A stretch of 64,000 nt of DNA from Raillietiella orientalis (Eukaryota): assembly GCA_036172245.1 (NCBI GenBank), contig JAYWIR010000001.1, positions 6,076,001-6,140,000 of the forward strand. Direction: 5' to 3'. Shown here one piece after another: positions 9,701-23,890 of this stretch. Each line of letters begins with the position of its first letter. The stretch's first letter is position 1. The position numbers and the translations under genes were made by a program. Below the pieces are notes generated by a model. That model searched no databases. It was not told the origin of the DNA and was given only the letters and a program-made list of their open reading frames with translations.

Positions 9701-12700
9701 AGAGACATTTTCTACCAAACCTTGTTTCTGAGAAAAATCTTTAACGTGTCTGAAGCACGCAGAACGTGAATTCAAGTACAATGGTCACCCTATAACTTCT
9801 CATGCACTTCCCTTCTCAGATGAGTGCAGTGAGCATTTCAGATGCCGTTTGAAAGCGGAATGAGCCTAGAGATGCCATGGAGTTTCTAATGTCTTTGGAG
9901 GAAGCTGGGAAATATTTGTAAACGCCTAAGAAATGTCTGTGGGGAATACATGGTCAATGGGAACATCAATGGGTTCTAAGAGAATCATAGAATCTCCAAA
10001 AGGGGGAATACCAACGTGAGTGATGAGACACGAAGCTGCTTGCTAACCATGTCATGGAAAAAGAAAGAGCTGATTCGGAGGAGTATGTTGCAGAGACTTG
10101 CAAAGACTCAATACGTGCATCAAGCTAGCTCGGATCCGAGTACCCTTCTCTTGCCGATGAATGCAAGAAACAATCCCAAGGCATCGTTGGACAGTCAGAT
10201 CTGACTCCATTGCACTCGTGTGTTTGGTCTAGTGAAGAGTGTCAGTAGTTGGGTAGTTTACTGAGGAGGTAAATAATGAAATCACAGAAGGCTTTTACAA
10301 CTAAAAACTGCTGTTTTCGTGTGGAGAAAACACCCGGAAAAAGATGGCAGCGTGAGAAAGTAATGCACGTAAATACGGTATGTCATCATTCTCACATTCT
10401 TGCATTCAGTGAGAACACCTCTGTGTGAGAAAGTATAGATCAGACCCGTTGAATGATCCTCATATCAACTGACGAACGAAACCACGTCTCTCGCGACAAA
10501 ATATGCAAAGAACCGCTTCAGCTTTCCTTGTGTTTCTGTGTTCTCATTAGATTGCTTCAGATGATGGAACTCTTCATCGAGATGACTGGTTTCTGAAGCT
10601 TTTCTAACTTCACAAATGTAGCAGTGCGTTCGTCGCAATTACTTTGTAACACCTCCTTTTAACGTGAATGTGATGAAATACATGATGGAATGAGGTGTTG
10701 ATGGATGAAACATATGTTAACAGTGATGGAATTATTTTCGGATCCTTTAGTTTTGCGTAGGTTCACGAGTCGTTTTCATAAGGCTTTCGAATACACGCAC
10801 TAATATATTGTTTTTGAGAATGGTTCTTGACCTTGAGTTCCTCAAAGAATACTATGGCTTTGGAAAATTCGCGAAATAAATATCTTGAAATACTGAAGCG
10901 AAATCGGAATCGCAGAAACGGAAAGTGTACCGTTGCTCGATACAGCGAATGCATGGGCAATAAAATCAATATGCTACAGAGCATCTAGCAGCAGCGAACT
11001 ATTACATATGTGTTTACATATCAAAAGGTTGGAGTGATCACGCATTGATATCCATATTTGAGTTTTAAAATACTTAAAGGCCGCGGAGGGACTGCAGTGT
11101 GAATGAGTAACATCATCGGAGAGCCGAGAAAAGTTGCCGACATTCTGTAGAATTTGACCGGTTTCTAGATCCGGTACATGAAAGTGAATTTGATGGACAA
11201 GATCCACTGAATTGCTGGAAAAGCGTTGCCTCCGGCGGCAGAAGTCTCATTACTGTATGGAGAACTGAGAATCTAGAAACTTGAAGAAATTCTAGGTCTC
11301 GTGAAATTCCTCAAGACTTTTAAGTGTAAGTAGCCGGAGTCTCTTCTTAAATACATAAATAATAGGATCATCGCAAACTTCAAGCCGAATGGAAAACTCT
11401 CTTTTCTAGAGTTCAACAAGAACAAATTTTATGGAACTCCATGAAAGGTCGCAGAATAAAGGAAAGGCTGAATCACAATAACGAGACACAATTTCGTCAA
11501 ATACAACCAGTGCAGAAAACCTTTGTGAACATGGAATGCTCGTATGTATTTCGAATGTCTCTCCTCAGACTAGAAGAAATCGAAAATCATTCGAAGCGAA
11601 TGACGTTTCTACTCTCATATTAGGAGATCATATTCCTGGCACATGATAGAAATGTGGAAAAGGGGTATCGGGAAGGTAGTAGGAAATTGTGATAGTATTG
11701 TGATAAGGTCGCAATGCTCCTTTAGAATGAGCTCTACCAAATCACGAATACTTTTTTCCTGTTTATCCTGAATGTTTAAAAATTATTCTCTTTTATTTTC
11801 GATTTCCATGTTTAGTCGCTGAATAATTTTATTGAGAGGTCACAAAAAAAAAAAAAAAATGTCGAAAAACTCCTCCGCCCGTAAGCCGCAATGAAAGCAG
11901 GGCTGTGAGGATGAATGCACTTAATGAGCATCTGAGTTCGGTTGAGTACACTTAACTGAATTCCGCTCACTTGGTAGATATCGGTCAAGTTTAAGTGCTC
12001 TATATTTATTTTTATTTTTCACTTTCAATAAAACTCTCAACTGCTGGGGAGTTTTTGTTTGCTTGGAGGACGCAGCTCAAATTCATTCCTCTCAGAACGC
12101 ATTACTTGTTGTAAGGGAAGCAGAGAGGAATTATGATTGAGATGGACCTACTCTTTCTTTGATAAATGTTTTTCTTAAGTAAAGGAAAGTCTCCTATCCT
12201 AAACATCATAGCGCTTCGGAAACTTTGATCTACACAGGTACAAAACTTTGCCTTTTTATAAACCATTATGATGGGAAATAACGAAAAATCGATGCGAAAC
12301 ATTTTTTTTTTCTTTTTTTTAACGAAAGCCCTCATTCAGAGCTTCGACCAATCCTTCTGAAAGTTGGGTCAGCTCGATTCAGACGCCTTTTAAGTGTTAG
12401 CTCGCATATGCTTAGTAGTTCTGTTTAGTGATTCTTTTAATATTCGATGGTGTTAAATGCGTCGCTGAGGCAGAAGGATCCCTCTCCTAAATGGTTCATC
12501 CCATCACCAAATCAAAGCTCTTACCTGGGATCTAAATATCTGCTGCTTCCGAAAGTTACGAGTGGTTCGAACAGGGAGCAGAGCGTTTCCTTTGACATGG
12601 ATTTTTCCAGTCTATCCGCCCCTTCTCGGATACGTGATCGGTTTGTTATCGAGGGTGTACGATGAGCCTGAAAAGAAGCTTTTTCCAGAAATGCTGCTGA

Positions 12701-12756
12701 ATGTTTGTGCTTCGAGTGAGTTCGTAATTCAAGTTACACCCAAAATCTAATTTCAA

Positions 12757-14128
12757 TCAGCTTCTTACCTCTACATGCTCATTCCTGGAAAATTCTTCCC
12801 TACGTTTGTATGGAAATCCAGAATCACAAGAATAACTTGAACTGCCAAATTCTGGATGTGGAAATAAGAAATTTTCTGCAGTGAGAAAGTAAGGATCAAG
12901 ATATGGTGAATTTGTCAAATATACGAGGGCCCAGTCATCCATTCCATAGCGTCTGGGATGCGTTAGTAAAGTGGAACGTCGAATACATTCAGTTTCGAAA
13001 CAGTCGTGGAATTCCCGTTCCAATTGGAACTCTTCAGAGGTATCACTCACACTATTAGTTGATGACCATTGACTCATTTGAAATTCCGAGTTTTTCGTTG
13101 AACTGAGTAGCTGTAGGTTGACGTTGCCACCATTTGCTTTTCCCTTGATGGATTCGAATACATTTTCCAATGATTCCTGCGTACAGACAGCGTTTGCGGT
13201 TCCTTTGTAAGGAATCAAGGAATTCGGATCTTTGGTATCCTCAGACAAAGGTGTGCCACAGCATACAGGCGAATGCCCACTCGAGAGAGAGCCGGACTTC
13301 TTCGCTTGCTTTTCTAAATAAACGTGCAGTCTCGACTGTGAAGTTGCAATGTCTTTGGATAAGGATACAGGGGCGCTTTTCAGAATCACTATATCTTGAA
13401 TCGGTTGGGATCGTTTGAACACTATTTTTTCTAGGCTCATAAAATCCATGCAGGTTTTGGGAAAATTCTTTCTCTCTCTTTTTTCCACAACACTCTTGCA
13501 TTTTTTAGATCCCCCTTTACTACCATTTTCCGCAACGAGGTTCTTGGGATTGATTTTGTTGGGAGTATTCACAGTGTCCCTGCTTAGCAAAAAAAGGTTG
13601 CAATTTTCTTTTTCTTTTCTCTCCCTGCTTAACGTGGATCGGTAATGTTTTTTTTTAATCTCATTTTTACCACGAACCAAATCATCCCAAACGGTTTTAC
13701 CCTCTAGCATGTGATAATTTGCAGGGGTCAAATGCTTTCTGAACTGATTTATAGGACTCTTTTTCGGACCAGAAGTTTCCTGTATACTCTCATCCATTCC
13801 TCTGCCAACATCCTTAATTTGCATTTTTAATGTTTTGTTTGTTGTATTTTCAGATATGGACTTAGCACGAACCTTTCTGTTTTCGAATTCTGCTAGATAA
13901 TTTTCTTCAATTGGGATCATAGTCAAATGGTGCACACCCTTTGGTGGATTTTTTGATGTTTTTTCCTCACCAAGATGCTGATTTCTCTCATGGCTCGTGC
14001 CTTCGTTTGAAATTAATGAACGGAGTCCACCATTCCTCACATCAGTTTCATTGAGGCTCGAGCGAGCAGTGGGAAACTTCTTGATGCTGATGTCTAATTT
14101 CCCTAATCTTCTTTTTTGGTTCGTATTT
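12757..14128 (-). CDS. Large terminal exon of an unknown Lys/Ser-rich protein (>427 aa)
   Basis: About 1.37 kb stop-free frame in AT-rich DNA, where that length is unlikely by chance; candidate acceptor (TTTTAAAG) at ~14129. No recognised domain; upstream exons not resolved. Confidence 0.6.
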
Positions 14129-17100
14129 CTTTAAAACAAAATAGCATTTATGATTGACGATGAATCACTTTTGCTTGCAACCGTTAGAACAAAAACAATT
14201 CAAAAGAAATTCCAAGGTAAGAAGCATTAGAACAGCTTTTGACCGGGGTGATGCACGCAAGCGTATCTGAGAGAGTACTTTGCTTTTGTTTTTTTCTACT
14301 TCTTGCTCGCGTGACGAGAGAGTTACAACCTATGTCGGCGTGCGGAACAGATGCTGCATTAAATCTTAATCGAAATGCAGGCACTGAGAAATTAAAAAAA
14401 AAAATCATGAATAAAAGGTTTAATGCAATCGGTTTCAGTGAATAAAGAATAAAACTATGCATTTGGGGTCTTCTCAAGAAGGAAAGACGTAAACTGAAAT
14501 ATGAAAAATTATTCATACATCGAGAAAATGACAGGATCTCAGAAAAATTCACGCATAGACAAAACGCAAAATAAGTAAGGGGCAATCCTTCAGCTAATAT
14601 TTAGTATTAGAAACAATTTAACAAGGGTTTAACCTTGTTAAATACCTGGTTATTGTATAACGAAAGGGCAAAAAAGCATTCAAAACATTCTAGAAGAATT
14701 GCTGTCACACAGACCCCCTTTATAAATAGGATTTGCCGATCATGGCTTGAAAGGAGTTTTAAGAGACTTTGAAAACACAGAAACTGGAATCACAAAAGCA
14801 TTTTATGAACATGAACAGGCAGACGTGACTGAAGAGAAGCTGTAGCTGAAGATCAACAGAACTGCAGATCAACCGAGCAACAGGTGGGGATTCGATGGAT
14901 CAAACCAATTCCTCTACCTATTAGCAGATATTTTCTTTAGCGAATAGTTTCTTATCAGGTGTAGCTTAGGATATTCCTAAAGTTAACAGACTGAAATCTA
15001 ACAGTATCCAATTTATCACTTCTTGTTTGATTTTTGCTTGAATAATACGTGGCCTGCGATTTATATTTCCAAATTTCGTTCAACTAAAATGCGATGTAGA
15101 GGAATTCACTGACAGTTAGTCACTCGACATTTCACGAGTTCTACTTTTTATCGCAAAATCAGACAACAAGTAGGCCGCAGACGTCTCCCGACTTTTCTAA
15201 AAGTGCGAAGAGTAGACTCTGTCATGATAGGAGGGAAAAAGAAAATGATTTACAATTTCTGGCTTCCACCAGTTGGGATCCAAAGACATATTTAGGAAAG
15301 GAACCGCCTTCGTTTTCTCATTTCACCCCTGTAAGCGAAAACACGAGCGGAGACTCAGTCTACAGCGAGCCTTTAAAGAGTGGCTCTCTCGATTGCCATA
15401 AAGTGGTGCACCTCCGACGCAAGGACGAAACCGAATCACCAGAAACACTATGCACAGTAACACCGAAGGTACATTGCAACACAGGCAAAATTACTCAACT
15501 CTGACAGCCGAGGTGTGGAAGGTGTCGTGCAGAACCGAAAACATAAGAAAAACAAACAGATTCGTTCGATTAAAAAGTATAAGTACCAGCAATTTTCTGA
15601 GGAGTTTATTTTCCAGAAATCTGTTACTAAATGGGAGTTGTAATAGTACCCCTTCACATGTGCATGCATGTGTTTGTGTTCGATGAACGACAGCGGATTT
15701 GATGTTAGCGTTAATTTAATTGTGTGGTGCTTATAAGAGGGGATATTCAGATGCGAATAACGAATATACGGACTGAAGTCATCCATTCAAATATGTGCTA
15801 TAAAACAGAAAAGGCACTCTTGAAAAGAAAATGATTTATATTAAATGACCGATTAATTATTCATCAGATAAGGGAACGATTCGGCAGATTTCTTTTAATG
15901 ATTTTAGTTATAGAATATTTTTTTCAAATTGTTCTTCAGATTTGGAAAAAAAACGCTCAAATATTTTGCAATTCATGCTTTTTTCTTTTGAAATGCGTGC
16001 TAATAAGAGTTGCGGAAAGAAAAAAAACTATTGAACAGGCAAATTGGTTAATGGTAAGATCAAAATTAATGAAGGAACGGAGAAATGGATAGCATGGAAT
16101 AAAAAATTTACATGTTTATAAGTTCAGTAATAGAAAATTTGCTTACTTCCTTTTATTTCGAGCACTTTTATGCGATGCAACTTTCCCAGATCCATTGATT
16201 TTGAGGTTTTCATTTTCCAATAAATTTGAAACGGCCTTCTTATAACCTCGAATGCATTTCGTGGATAACTTGTAAGAACAAAGATGTAAAATCTGATGTA
16301 AATACCTAGAGTAAATAATGTACTCTTATTATAAAAAAAATAGAATTTGGAAACTGAGATCGCGAAAATGGAGTAAAGCACCTTAGAGTAGAGAATAATG
16401 AAATGAAAATGAAATAATGAAATTTTCACAATCATCTTTAGTTATGCTTGCTTACGAATTCACAGCTTCGAAACGAGTTCACGATGTCATTAAGAAAGGA
16501 AACGGAATCAGTGTCTAGGGTTCAGTAGCATCTCTTGAGGAATGATCACTGCACTCGGTTACGGTGTAGCAAGATGACCAACAGTAAGCAAACTGCACTA
16601 GAAATGACAGCAGCAGCCTATTAGAAATTCGACCTTTGTGCTGAGTTGTTTGTTTTCATTTTATTGCCTCATTCAGACTTCAGATCATTCGATCCCTGCA
16701 TTTTGAAAATATTTTTGTCTCAGAGCAATGAATTTTGACTTTTTGTTGTTACGTGGCTGATTATCTTCAACGTGTGGTGAGCTTCTGCTACGATGCAGCC
16801 ATGGAAACTTATCCAGATACTATCTTTTAAACCTGTGTGGTGGTGGTGGTGGTGGTGGTAGTAGTAGTAGTAATCCTCATTCCAGAATTAAGCCGTCCCC
16901 TCAGACATTCATTTGAGTTTTAATATCGTAGAAATATTTTAGAAAAAACAAAGACACATTGTTCAGAGTGCAGGAAGCAAACATAGAAGCAATTCGATGG
17001 TCCGAATATTGCAACTAAATCACCGGGTGACGACTAATGCAGCAATACTGTACGCGGAAGATGCTTTCATTAAGAATAACAAGAGTGTACTTGTTTTCAG

Positions 17101-17854
17101 AAAAGAGGCTGTAATTCAGAAAAAGGAAAAAGAAAAAAAAAATGAAGACAGTCCTCGATGTATTCTATAGATTACCGGCGAAATTTTTACCGGAAAAACG
17201 TATAAATGGAACCATTCGATTGTTTTGGGAGGATACGATATGGAAAGGTTATATAGGAAAATATAGGAAGGAAAGCATAGGAAGCTTCAGTCACCACCTT
17301 GGCATGTAATGTTTTCTACAACGATCAGCGTCGAATCGAAATCCCTGTTTTGTTCTTCGGCAGCGGGCTTCGCAGTGAACAGAAGTTTTTAGCTTTCACG
17401 AACGTTGTTGAATTTATGCCTCATCATCTTCCGAATATATCTCGTCATAAATCAACTTCAAGAGATGGCAGATCAATTTCATTTGAAACCGCTATCTTGA
17501 AGCCTAAGGAAATGAGAACCTATTTCAATCTGCGGAATAAACACTGTTCAGAATCGCCAGGTGCAGTTTCCAAATCTGAATTCACCTCGGAACTTCATTT
17601 CTACAGGAAAGCAATACTTCATCTGTTGCATTTGCCTCTGTGTAAAGGAGGAGGTCCTTCCAGATGCTGTGGCATTCTCAGCATCTGATCGCTGTAAATA
17701 CATATGTCTCTTGAATCAATTCCAAAAACGTTCTTCAGACAACATCAGTGCAATTTCATTTTGTCCGTGAAATTGGCATTTCAATACGCAATCTCTACAC
17801 GCATTAGGGACTCGTTTTCGTATGATGCGTTAAACAAGTAGCATTATTATTATT

Positions 17855-17884
17855 AAAAAAAAAAAAAAAAAAAAAAAATGAGCA

Positions 17885-17934
<50 letters not shown>
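17855..17934. repeat. Poly(A) tract followed by a (GT)n microsatellite
   Basis: A24 at 17855-17878 and (GT)24 at 17887-17934. Confidence 0.95.
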
Positions 17935-17935
<1 letters not shown>

Positions 17936-20900
17936 CTCCCCATTATGATGAGGAAGATTCCATATCTCCGTCTTTCTGTTGTCTCATTGTGATTAGTTGC
18001 ATTTTTCCACGTCTCAGTTTCCTCGGAATCCTCAACAGCCCGGATCACACTTGAAATCGGTTTCGATATATTCGAGCGAGCTAATTCTCAAGTGAGGTCT
18101 CACCCAAACCTAATTGCATCTCTGATGCGGCATTCTCAGTTCCATTTGTCCGAATGTTCCCACCTTTGCCGATGGCAAAGCGTCATCTGACGCCTTGGGA
18201 CTGCCAGCTGTGAAGGAGTTTTGATGTACGTTGCTCCACAGTATACCATTCGTTTCTTTCCTTTCATACGTTTGAAGTTTCAATTTTGTTTTGTTTGCGC
18301 CAATGATCGCTGATGTCTTCGTACATTATGCCGACACGACTAATAGGATTCGACATCTGCCGTCTCTTCGCAAACAACACAGTTTCCGAGCTTGCTTTGC
18401 GCGTTGCGCCTTGTATATCACCAGCTCTGTAAGATGAACGGATAGAATTCTGCATCCGGAACAAAAGTTGCAATCGGGAAATCCAAACTCGTCAGCAGCG
18501 ACGCGGTCATCTAAGAGAGTGTTCCCGTTGCATTCTGATTACAAACGGCTGCGCAAACTTCTATGGCAAAGAGTTGACTTGAAGCAGTGTAAGTATGCAA
18601 CTCTTTGAGTGTATTAACCTTTAACCTTCCAAAAAATTCGTGCACCTGAACATTTGTCAACTTGTCCAACGAACTTCGAAGAGTTCCGTGCTTCGTAGCT
18701 GCTTAGGAAAGTCGGTGGTTTATCCGTAATGACCGGACCCTTCAGTGTCCACCGTTCCATGCCAGGAACGTTCTTGGAAGCACCTAATTCCTTTTGCCAA
18801 GCACCTCATTTGCAGGAGCTCTTACACGACTCCGGTGGGCATCGACGCTGTTTGTAGTCGTGAGCAAATGGGCAACGGTCACTTGTTTCTGAGGAGCTCT
18901 TGAAATTGCAGGAAATGTCTGAATCAGTGATTTTTCGGACTGTGTTTGTCGAATCGAATTGCCCTTGAGCAGATCTCTCCTACAGGCCTTGCTCTCAGAT
19001 TTCAGCCCTGCGGTTCTAATAAAGACAGCGAATTTCGTCACTTGGCCAAGGAAGTGTCAGATCGAAGAATATATCTTCTAACTAAATTTGAAAGATTTTT
19101 CTCAAGGAATGAGGATTTTTTTTAGGACTTTAGACCTATGTTACAACTGCGTTCTCCTATATGACATTGATAAAATTCTATAATTTCGTAAGCAATTTAC
19201 TTGGTCATCTACTTATGGAGATAGCAGCGTTCGAAAGACTAGAAATGACACGTTTTCTTAAAAAACGAATCAGCCACAAATGCAAAATCAAGATGAGATC
19301 AGGAGCATCATCTTCAGAGTTAAGATCACGCTGATCAAAATGAAATCTTAAGATATATACGAAACACCTAAGGTACACGAAAGAGCTACAGAATTTCCAA
19401 GATGTTTTCGAAAATCAAATGTGGATGTGCATTCTTTACTCTATAACTGCTTTGTGGTAAAAGGCCAATGCATGATGATTACTTGTTCTTTGTGCAGATG
19501 CTGATGAATGAATTCAAAGCACCGTGATGTCGAACCATCCCAGCATACAAGGTGAGCCTATCCGATGCTGAATCAGCACACCCGTCTTGGGATTTCCAAT
19601 GAATGAATCATCATCGTAAGTAACCTTCGTGATTCCCGCAATCACTGTGAATGTATCTGTACACAGGATACGGATAAGAAAAGTCATCACGTAAAATTGA
19701 GAATTGCAACAGCTTTAGCACAAAGACAGAGTTGTGGAGGTCTTGTGATGGAGAATTACGAATTTTACGGACATTCTTTCTGAAATAGACCACAATTTTT
19801 GTGGGGATCCGTCACTAGGTGTGTGTACACCGAAGACACTGTACGATGCATCCAACGAAAAAACATCAGGGTTCCTGGTTTTTCTGGGAGCCGAATCAAC
19901 GAGTGAATGGTTGACTGAAAAATCGAAATGAAAGAGACCGAGAACACACCGTGGTGCTTATGGCTACGTAGCCCAACCCAACGTTTGTGAGACACAATCA
20001 AGTAGAAAACTGCGCATGATAAAATGCGACTCCGCTTCTAAAGTCTATGCATTCTGTATTAGCCGTCGATTCTTTCTATCATATCACTGAGAAGATGGGA
20101 AGCGAGGACATGAAAAAAGAACCGAGCAATTACGAAGTTTGCATTTGTTGCTGCTTCCTCGATTCCGAAGGCGAAAACTCAAATCAGTTGGACTGAGAAA
20201 AGTCCTTGCTCATACCAAGTCGAAACACCTAACATCAATGCTTCCATGAAAATATCTTGAATGAATCACAATGCACAGTCGAAAAGTATCCCTCAGAATA
20301 TGTAGAAAGTTCGAAACAAATTCTCATGAACGAATTGATGGGTATTCTAAGCAATCACTTCAGAAGCTTAAAAATGAAAGCTTGACTGAAATTGCATTGT
20401 AAAGATGAAGTTTGATAGAACAACCCTTGAAGGTGAATGATGTCAGAGGCAATGGCTCGAACCTCTTCTTTTTTCCAAGAGCCAACTTATTATTTAGCCA
20501 AAGCATATGCGATGCAGAAACAAGAATCGCAAAATTGTGACCTCCATTACTGGCCATTTTGAATTCTGCTTTGCAGTTATTTTGCGATGCAAACTTTTTT
20601 CAAACAAATGCTTTAAAATGCAGAACTTTCCGAAAGAAATATATGCGCTTACTTTACTCTTTGTCCGCCTATTTTGCACCACTCCTCTGCTACTTTTCCA
20701 ATTATCATTTCAAGAGGTAGGAATGTATAGAGAAATTTTTTGAGTTGTATATCCTTCAGGAATAAATTTTTGACGGTATGCAAATTATGAAAAGCATCCA
20801 CGTTCCGATGCAAGTTTTCTTTCATTTCTGGCGTTTTCTCCGCGGATCCTGTTGCGGCAACACGACGAATACGGCCACTTTTCCCTGGGAAACATTCCGC

Positions 20901-22196
20901 CTTCATCTTTGGACATGCGGAGCGCATTTCGTCACTAGGCTACACTTTTCCCCTCGTAGGCCTAAAAGAAAAGCGGAACTTGAAAATAAAAAATTCCTGG
21001 AAAATTGAAAATTTTTTATTACTAAGCAAAACTACATCACTTGATCTAAAAATATTTCTCTAGTCATGCCAACGAATTCTAAAATGAGTTTCCAGAACAA
21101 GTCGACCAAGATTGATGTGATCTGAGAAATACAGTAACTTTAGTGCACTTCATATAGTTCAAGAAATTGAGTACGGAAGATTAGCCTCTCAAGCAACTGT
21201 ACGTATTCAATACAAAAGCTCTTTCTAGTATTATAAATAAAAGTAAATTTTTAAAATTGCTTGATTATAAATCGCAGAACACGGTACAGTACATGCTTTG
21301 GGATTCCTGCACCTGTCCATTAACTGTGTGTTCGGCTTATGGAAATACTATTGAAATCTTTTCTATCGTACACTCAGAGCTTCTTATTATTCTAGTTGTT
21401 TTCAACACCAAGATGTGCGTCCGAGTTTTCCATCCACAAACGCATGCAGTGGATTCATTTTCATTTCCTAGAGAAATGCACAGGCGATTACAGATTCGCA
21501 ATCTCATACAGATTAGATATTTCAAAGTGTCAAAGGTCAGCTATGGGGACATCACAGTTCAGCGTTTAATAAATGGATCGCAGGAAAACTCGAGTTTCGC
21601 TCTTGCTCACTGTCACTGAAGATTTATGAGATTTCCGGGTGCATCCGAGTAACCGAGATACTTTTACCGGTTGCTTCAGCAGTCCTGGGAAGACAGAAGA
21701 ATCCAGAGCAGACTGTAGACGCGTGGAAGCGTTCGGCCAGCTCTCTCGTCCTTTCGCTTGGCCTCTGTGGTTTGTTTCACGCGGGCAGTGGGCAGCCATG
21801 CACGTTGGCCGCAGTCCGCTCTCCCGGCATGATGTCAGGAGCTTGGGGGGCTGGCGTGGGAATACAAAGAGATGCCCATTGCCTTGAGGTCAGCGACGTG
21901 CCGGTTTCGACTATGGTGCGGTAATTACAGGGCCTCGTGTGTATGGCTGCTCTTGGGATTCGGTTTCCTCCTTGAGCAGGTCCAATCGGCACAGCATAGA
22001 AGGGGGTTTCGACCTTCTCTGAAGACTCCTCCTTCTCTAAAGACGACTGCTATCGCCCATCGGGAAATTTTTCCTGTGTTCACATGCTCTCTCCCTGTCC
22101 AAGATGACCACTGTCCCTCAACCCAGGAGCACTGGCTCTGGTCTCAGCCCGCAGTGACACTACCAAGAATGGGACCATTGGGTTTGGTTCGAAATC

Positions 22197-23890
22197 CTGA
22201 ACGATCAAAATCACAGATTTTACAACAAAACACGTTAACTTATTGAATATATTAATATATATTTTTATATATAGATTAGTGTATATTATAAAGAATACAA
22301 AAAAGAAATATAATGCTTTTTATGTATATTAGGATATATAAGGATATATATATATATATTTACATATAGATTATTTTACAAATTATTCTATCATGCATAT
22401 GTATTAATATTCTTGATACGCATTCTAATAACAGTAACATTATTTTTAACACACATACATATTATTAGCATTTTTTAACATACAGATTACTGATATAATT
22501 AAGAATGTGTTTATAATATATATTGATATATAGTAATTATTCATAGATAAATATACATTGCAAAAATGGTACAAAATAAATACATTTATACATTAACATG
22601 TTTACTGATATATAAATTAACATGTAGGTTAATCTATAGACTAGCATACAGATTCATTTGAGCACACATATTCACTGACATAATTAATAATATGTATTGA
22701 TATGTATATGATTAACATATATAGTGAAGCTTATAAAAAATAAACATTTATGTTTATTATATGTATTAATACATGTTTATATGTGTGAATATCGAATTAT
22801 ACAAAAATGAAAAGCAACTGTAGCAATTGAAAATAGTGGGAAGAAAATGGAAAAGCAAACAAATTTAAGAAAAGTAAAAAGAAATTTGGTATTTCATTTT
22901 CCTGTCATTCCCAATACTCAACAAACGGAACCTTCTCAGGAAATGGCGAATTCTATTTTCGAGATTTTGATCGTTCAGTCAATATGTACATATATATTTA
23001 TAATGTGAGATTTGTATATTTACTTCACGTATATTTATTATATGCACAAATATATGTTAATATGCATAATAAACATGTGTGTTATTTTTTGCAACCTTTA
23101 ATGTATATTAATAATGTATATTGATACTTCTTAATTACATCCATAAATATGCAAATTAAAATAAATTTGTACATTAATCCATATATAAATATATATACCA
23201 ATATACATAAAAGACATATATACTTATTTTTTGATCTTTAGAATACAGATCTTTAGAATGATTAGTCTACATATTCATCTATATGTTTATAATATATATG
23301 AATGTAAATATTAATATATATAATAAACATAGGTATTAATTTTTCATGTTCTTTATAATATATATTCATTCAAATATTAATCCATATATGAATATTTATA
23401 ATAAACACATTATTATATGATCTTGATATCTATGATAAATATATTTGTGATTAATAAATATATATGTATGATTCTCTTAATACTATATATTAATGCATAT
23501 ATTAAATCATTCATATCAATATATATAATTAAAATGTGTATTTACTCTTTATAATCCTTATCATATGTATTATTCTATATGGAAATATATATACGCTAAT
23601 ATGTGATAAAGGCATAAATTATTCTAATAATATGCATGTTATTTTAACATACATATTAACATTTATTAATATCCATGTTAATAAATATTAATAAATGTGT
23701 ATATTAAATAAATTTGTATATTAATCCATATGTAAATATGGATATATTAATATACAGAATGGGCATGCATATTTTTTACAATCTTTATAATATATATTAG
23801 CCAATGCATTAATCTATATACAAATTTATATATTACATGTGTAATGAACATGCGTATTTGTTTTTGCAATTTTTCGTGATTTGGATCGGC
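22197..23890. mobile_element. Extremely AT-rich block with inverted termini (foldback/MITE-like)
   Basis: CTGAACGATCAAAATC (22197-22212) has a perfect reverse complement at 22963-22978 and a 12/13 one at 23876-23888. Degenerate AT-rich modules run in opposite orientations in the two halves. Confidence 0.45.

Noticed and set aside
4400-12700. Scattered 60-116 aa ORFs
   Set aside because: No recognisable motifs and no consistent exon chain could be built by eye; hidden small exons cannot be excluded.
14101-14112. 12-nt complement (CCCTAATCTTCT) to the variant U6 core
   Set aside because: Antisense within a probable coding exon and with no U4-like context; compatible with chance after repeated searching.
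14616-14643. 11-bp AT-rich hairpin
   Set aside because: Short, low complexity and without supporting context.
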